Source of the DNA: Phyllosticta citribraziliensis
Lineage: Eukaryota
Assembly (NCBI RefSeq): GCF_038025025.1
Contig: NW_027117342.1
Coordinates: 1,736,001 to 1,800,000 of the forward strand
DNA length: 64,000 nucleotides
Direction of reading: 5' to 3'
Positions 63,057 through 64,000 of the stretch are shown here, piece by piece; positions within the stretch are counted from its first letter, which is position 1; the number at the start of each line of letters is the position of its first letter. A program made the position numbers and the translations under genes. The notes beneath the pieces were generated by a model, which was given only the letters and a program-made list of their open reading frames with translations, had not been told where the DNA came from and made no database searches.

Positions 63057-64000
63057 ATGTGCTACTTTCTCGTCTCTGGATGTCCTGACTGCGGATTCAA
63101 CGAAGGTCCATACTTGCAGCCGTGCAAGCACTCTACCAGAATTTTCCCGGCCCTTATTACACCGTCGAGCCAACAACACTCCTCGACCAACACTGGGCAT
63201 TCGTACATAGCCACTGACAAGACCTACCCACCCACGTCCGAGTCTTCATCTCCTCGCCCGGGAACCGGCTCCTCGACCACATCTTGTGTTCGATCTACAC
63301 TTCCAACTGAAGTATCGCCCTGCAAGCCCGAAGCTTTACAAGTTTGCTCCAGCCAGGTGTCCTCGGTCCAAGCTTTCGCTTGGACCAAACATTTCAGCCC
63401 AAAACCTCAGTCTGAGGCCACAACTTCATCTGTTCGCCCAGTCAAACGCTTGCCGCTGGACCCTGAGGGTCCAAAATTCAATCCATGCCAGCCGCTGCAC
63501 CCAGCGCCCTCGCAGATATCCTTGACGGAATTCGTCACGCCTTGCCAACCGCGTTCGACGCTCGCTGTTCTAGGAAGAACGTACGGTAACGGATGCCCCA
63601 AGTGCGGAACTACATCCACGAAGGGAAAGGTGCGCAGGGGAAGCGAGGGCGAAGCAGATGTTGAGCGAAACAGTAAACGCAGGCGCGTCAGCTCTGGCAA
63701 CTTGGTTGAGACCACCGAGGCCAATCGCGAGATGGGAAAGTCATGGGGCCGACTGGCAGAAGCACAGCGTCGAATCGACCTCTGGCTGCAGGCTTCGAAC
63801 GACCAATATAGGAAGGAAATGTTCTCGCTTGGCCTCGTCCACTACCTGGAAATGTGCCTCGAGGAAGTTGACGAAATTGAAGAGGAGGAGGATCGATACA
63901 TGTTGGCGCATGGCGAGACAGAGGAAGAGGAAGAAAAGAGAATGCAAAGAAGAGCTGAATGCCGGTTCATCGTCAGCAACACCGTACTGAGAATCTGGCA
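63057..64000 (+). CDS. Partial orphan protein with an N-terminal MC...CxxC motif (runs off window; missing from the ORF track)
   Basis: Hand translation from ATG 63057 shows no stop for 314 codons: MCYFLVSGCPDCGFNEGPYLQPCKH...GCPKCG...WGRLAEAQRRIDLWLQAS... Confidence 0.75.
   Translation, partial: MCYFLVSGCPDCGFNEGPYLQPCKHSTRIFPALITPSSQQHSSTNTGHSYIATDKTYPPTSESSSPRPGTGSSTTSCVRSTLPTEVSPCKPEALQVCSSQVSSVQAFAWTKHFSPKPQSEATTSSVRPVKRLPLDPEGPKFNPCQPLHPAPSQISLTEFVTPCQPRSTLAVLGRTYGNGCPKCGTTSTKGKVRRGSEGEADVERNSKRRRVSSGNLVETTEANREMGKSWGRLAEAQRRIDLWLQASNDQYRKEMFSLGLVHYLEMCLEEVDEIEEEEDRYMLAHGETEEEEEKRMQRRAECRFIVSNTVLRIW

Overview
Eukaryotic, intron-rich fungal genomic DNA. It is a filamentous ascomycete, and the gene set and microsatellite style suggest a Dothideomycete (inference). 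The window is mostly housekeeping genes: a Q-rich partial gene, a Ddi1/retropepsin-like protein, an IAH1-like SGNH esterase, a CLC Cl-/H+ exchanger, an orphan gene, a GH5 exo-beta-1,3-glucanase, a Myb-like protein, a mitochondrial CDF transporter (MMT), YTA7, a small mitochondrial membrane protein, PDX1 (E3BP), AGC1, a C2H2 transcription factor, UBP12, a DUF726 protein, NMD3, ATP25, and a partial Cys-motif orphan that runs off the right edge. I found no intact transposon or CRISPR array. Four signals stand out. (1) UBP12 has a 924-nt ATG-free upstream region holding a 158-codon in-frame extension that begins at an ACG in ideal Kozak context and carries a KKRK NLS-like motif, pointing to a non-AUG isoform. 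(2) A Ddi1-like retropepsin domain has Cys in place of the catalytic Asp. (3) A tRNA-like Pol III gene with a remodelled anticodon arm sits inside an island of decayed orphan genes (about 23.4-28.1 kb). (4) A spliced orphan gene is interrupted by one in-frame TAG. Exon boundaries were read by eye, and family assignments come from recalled motifs, not database searches.
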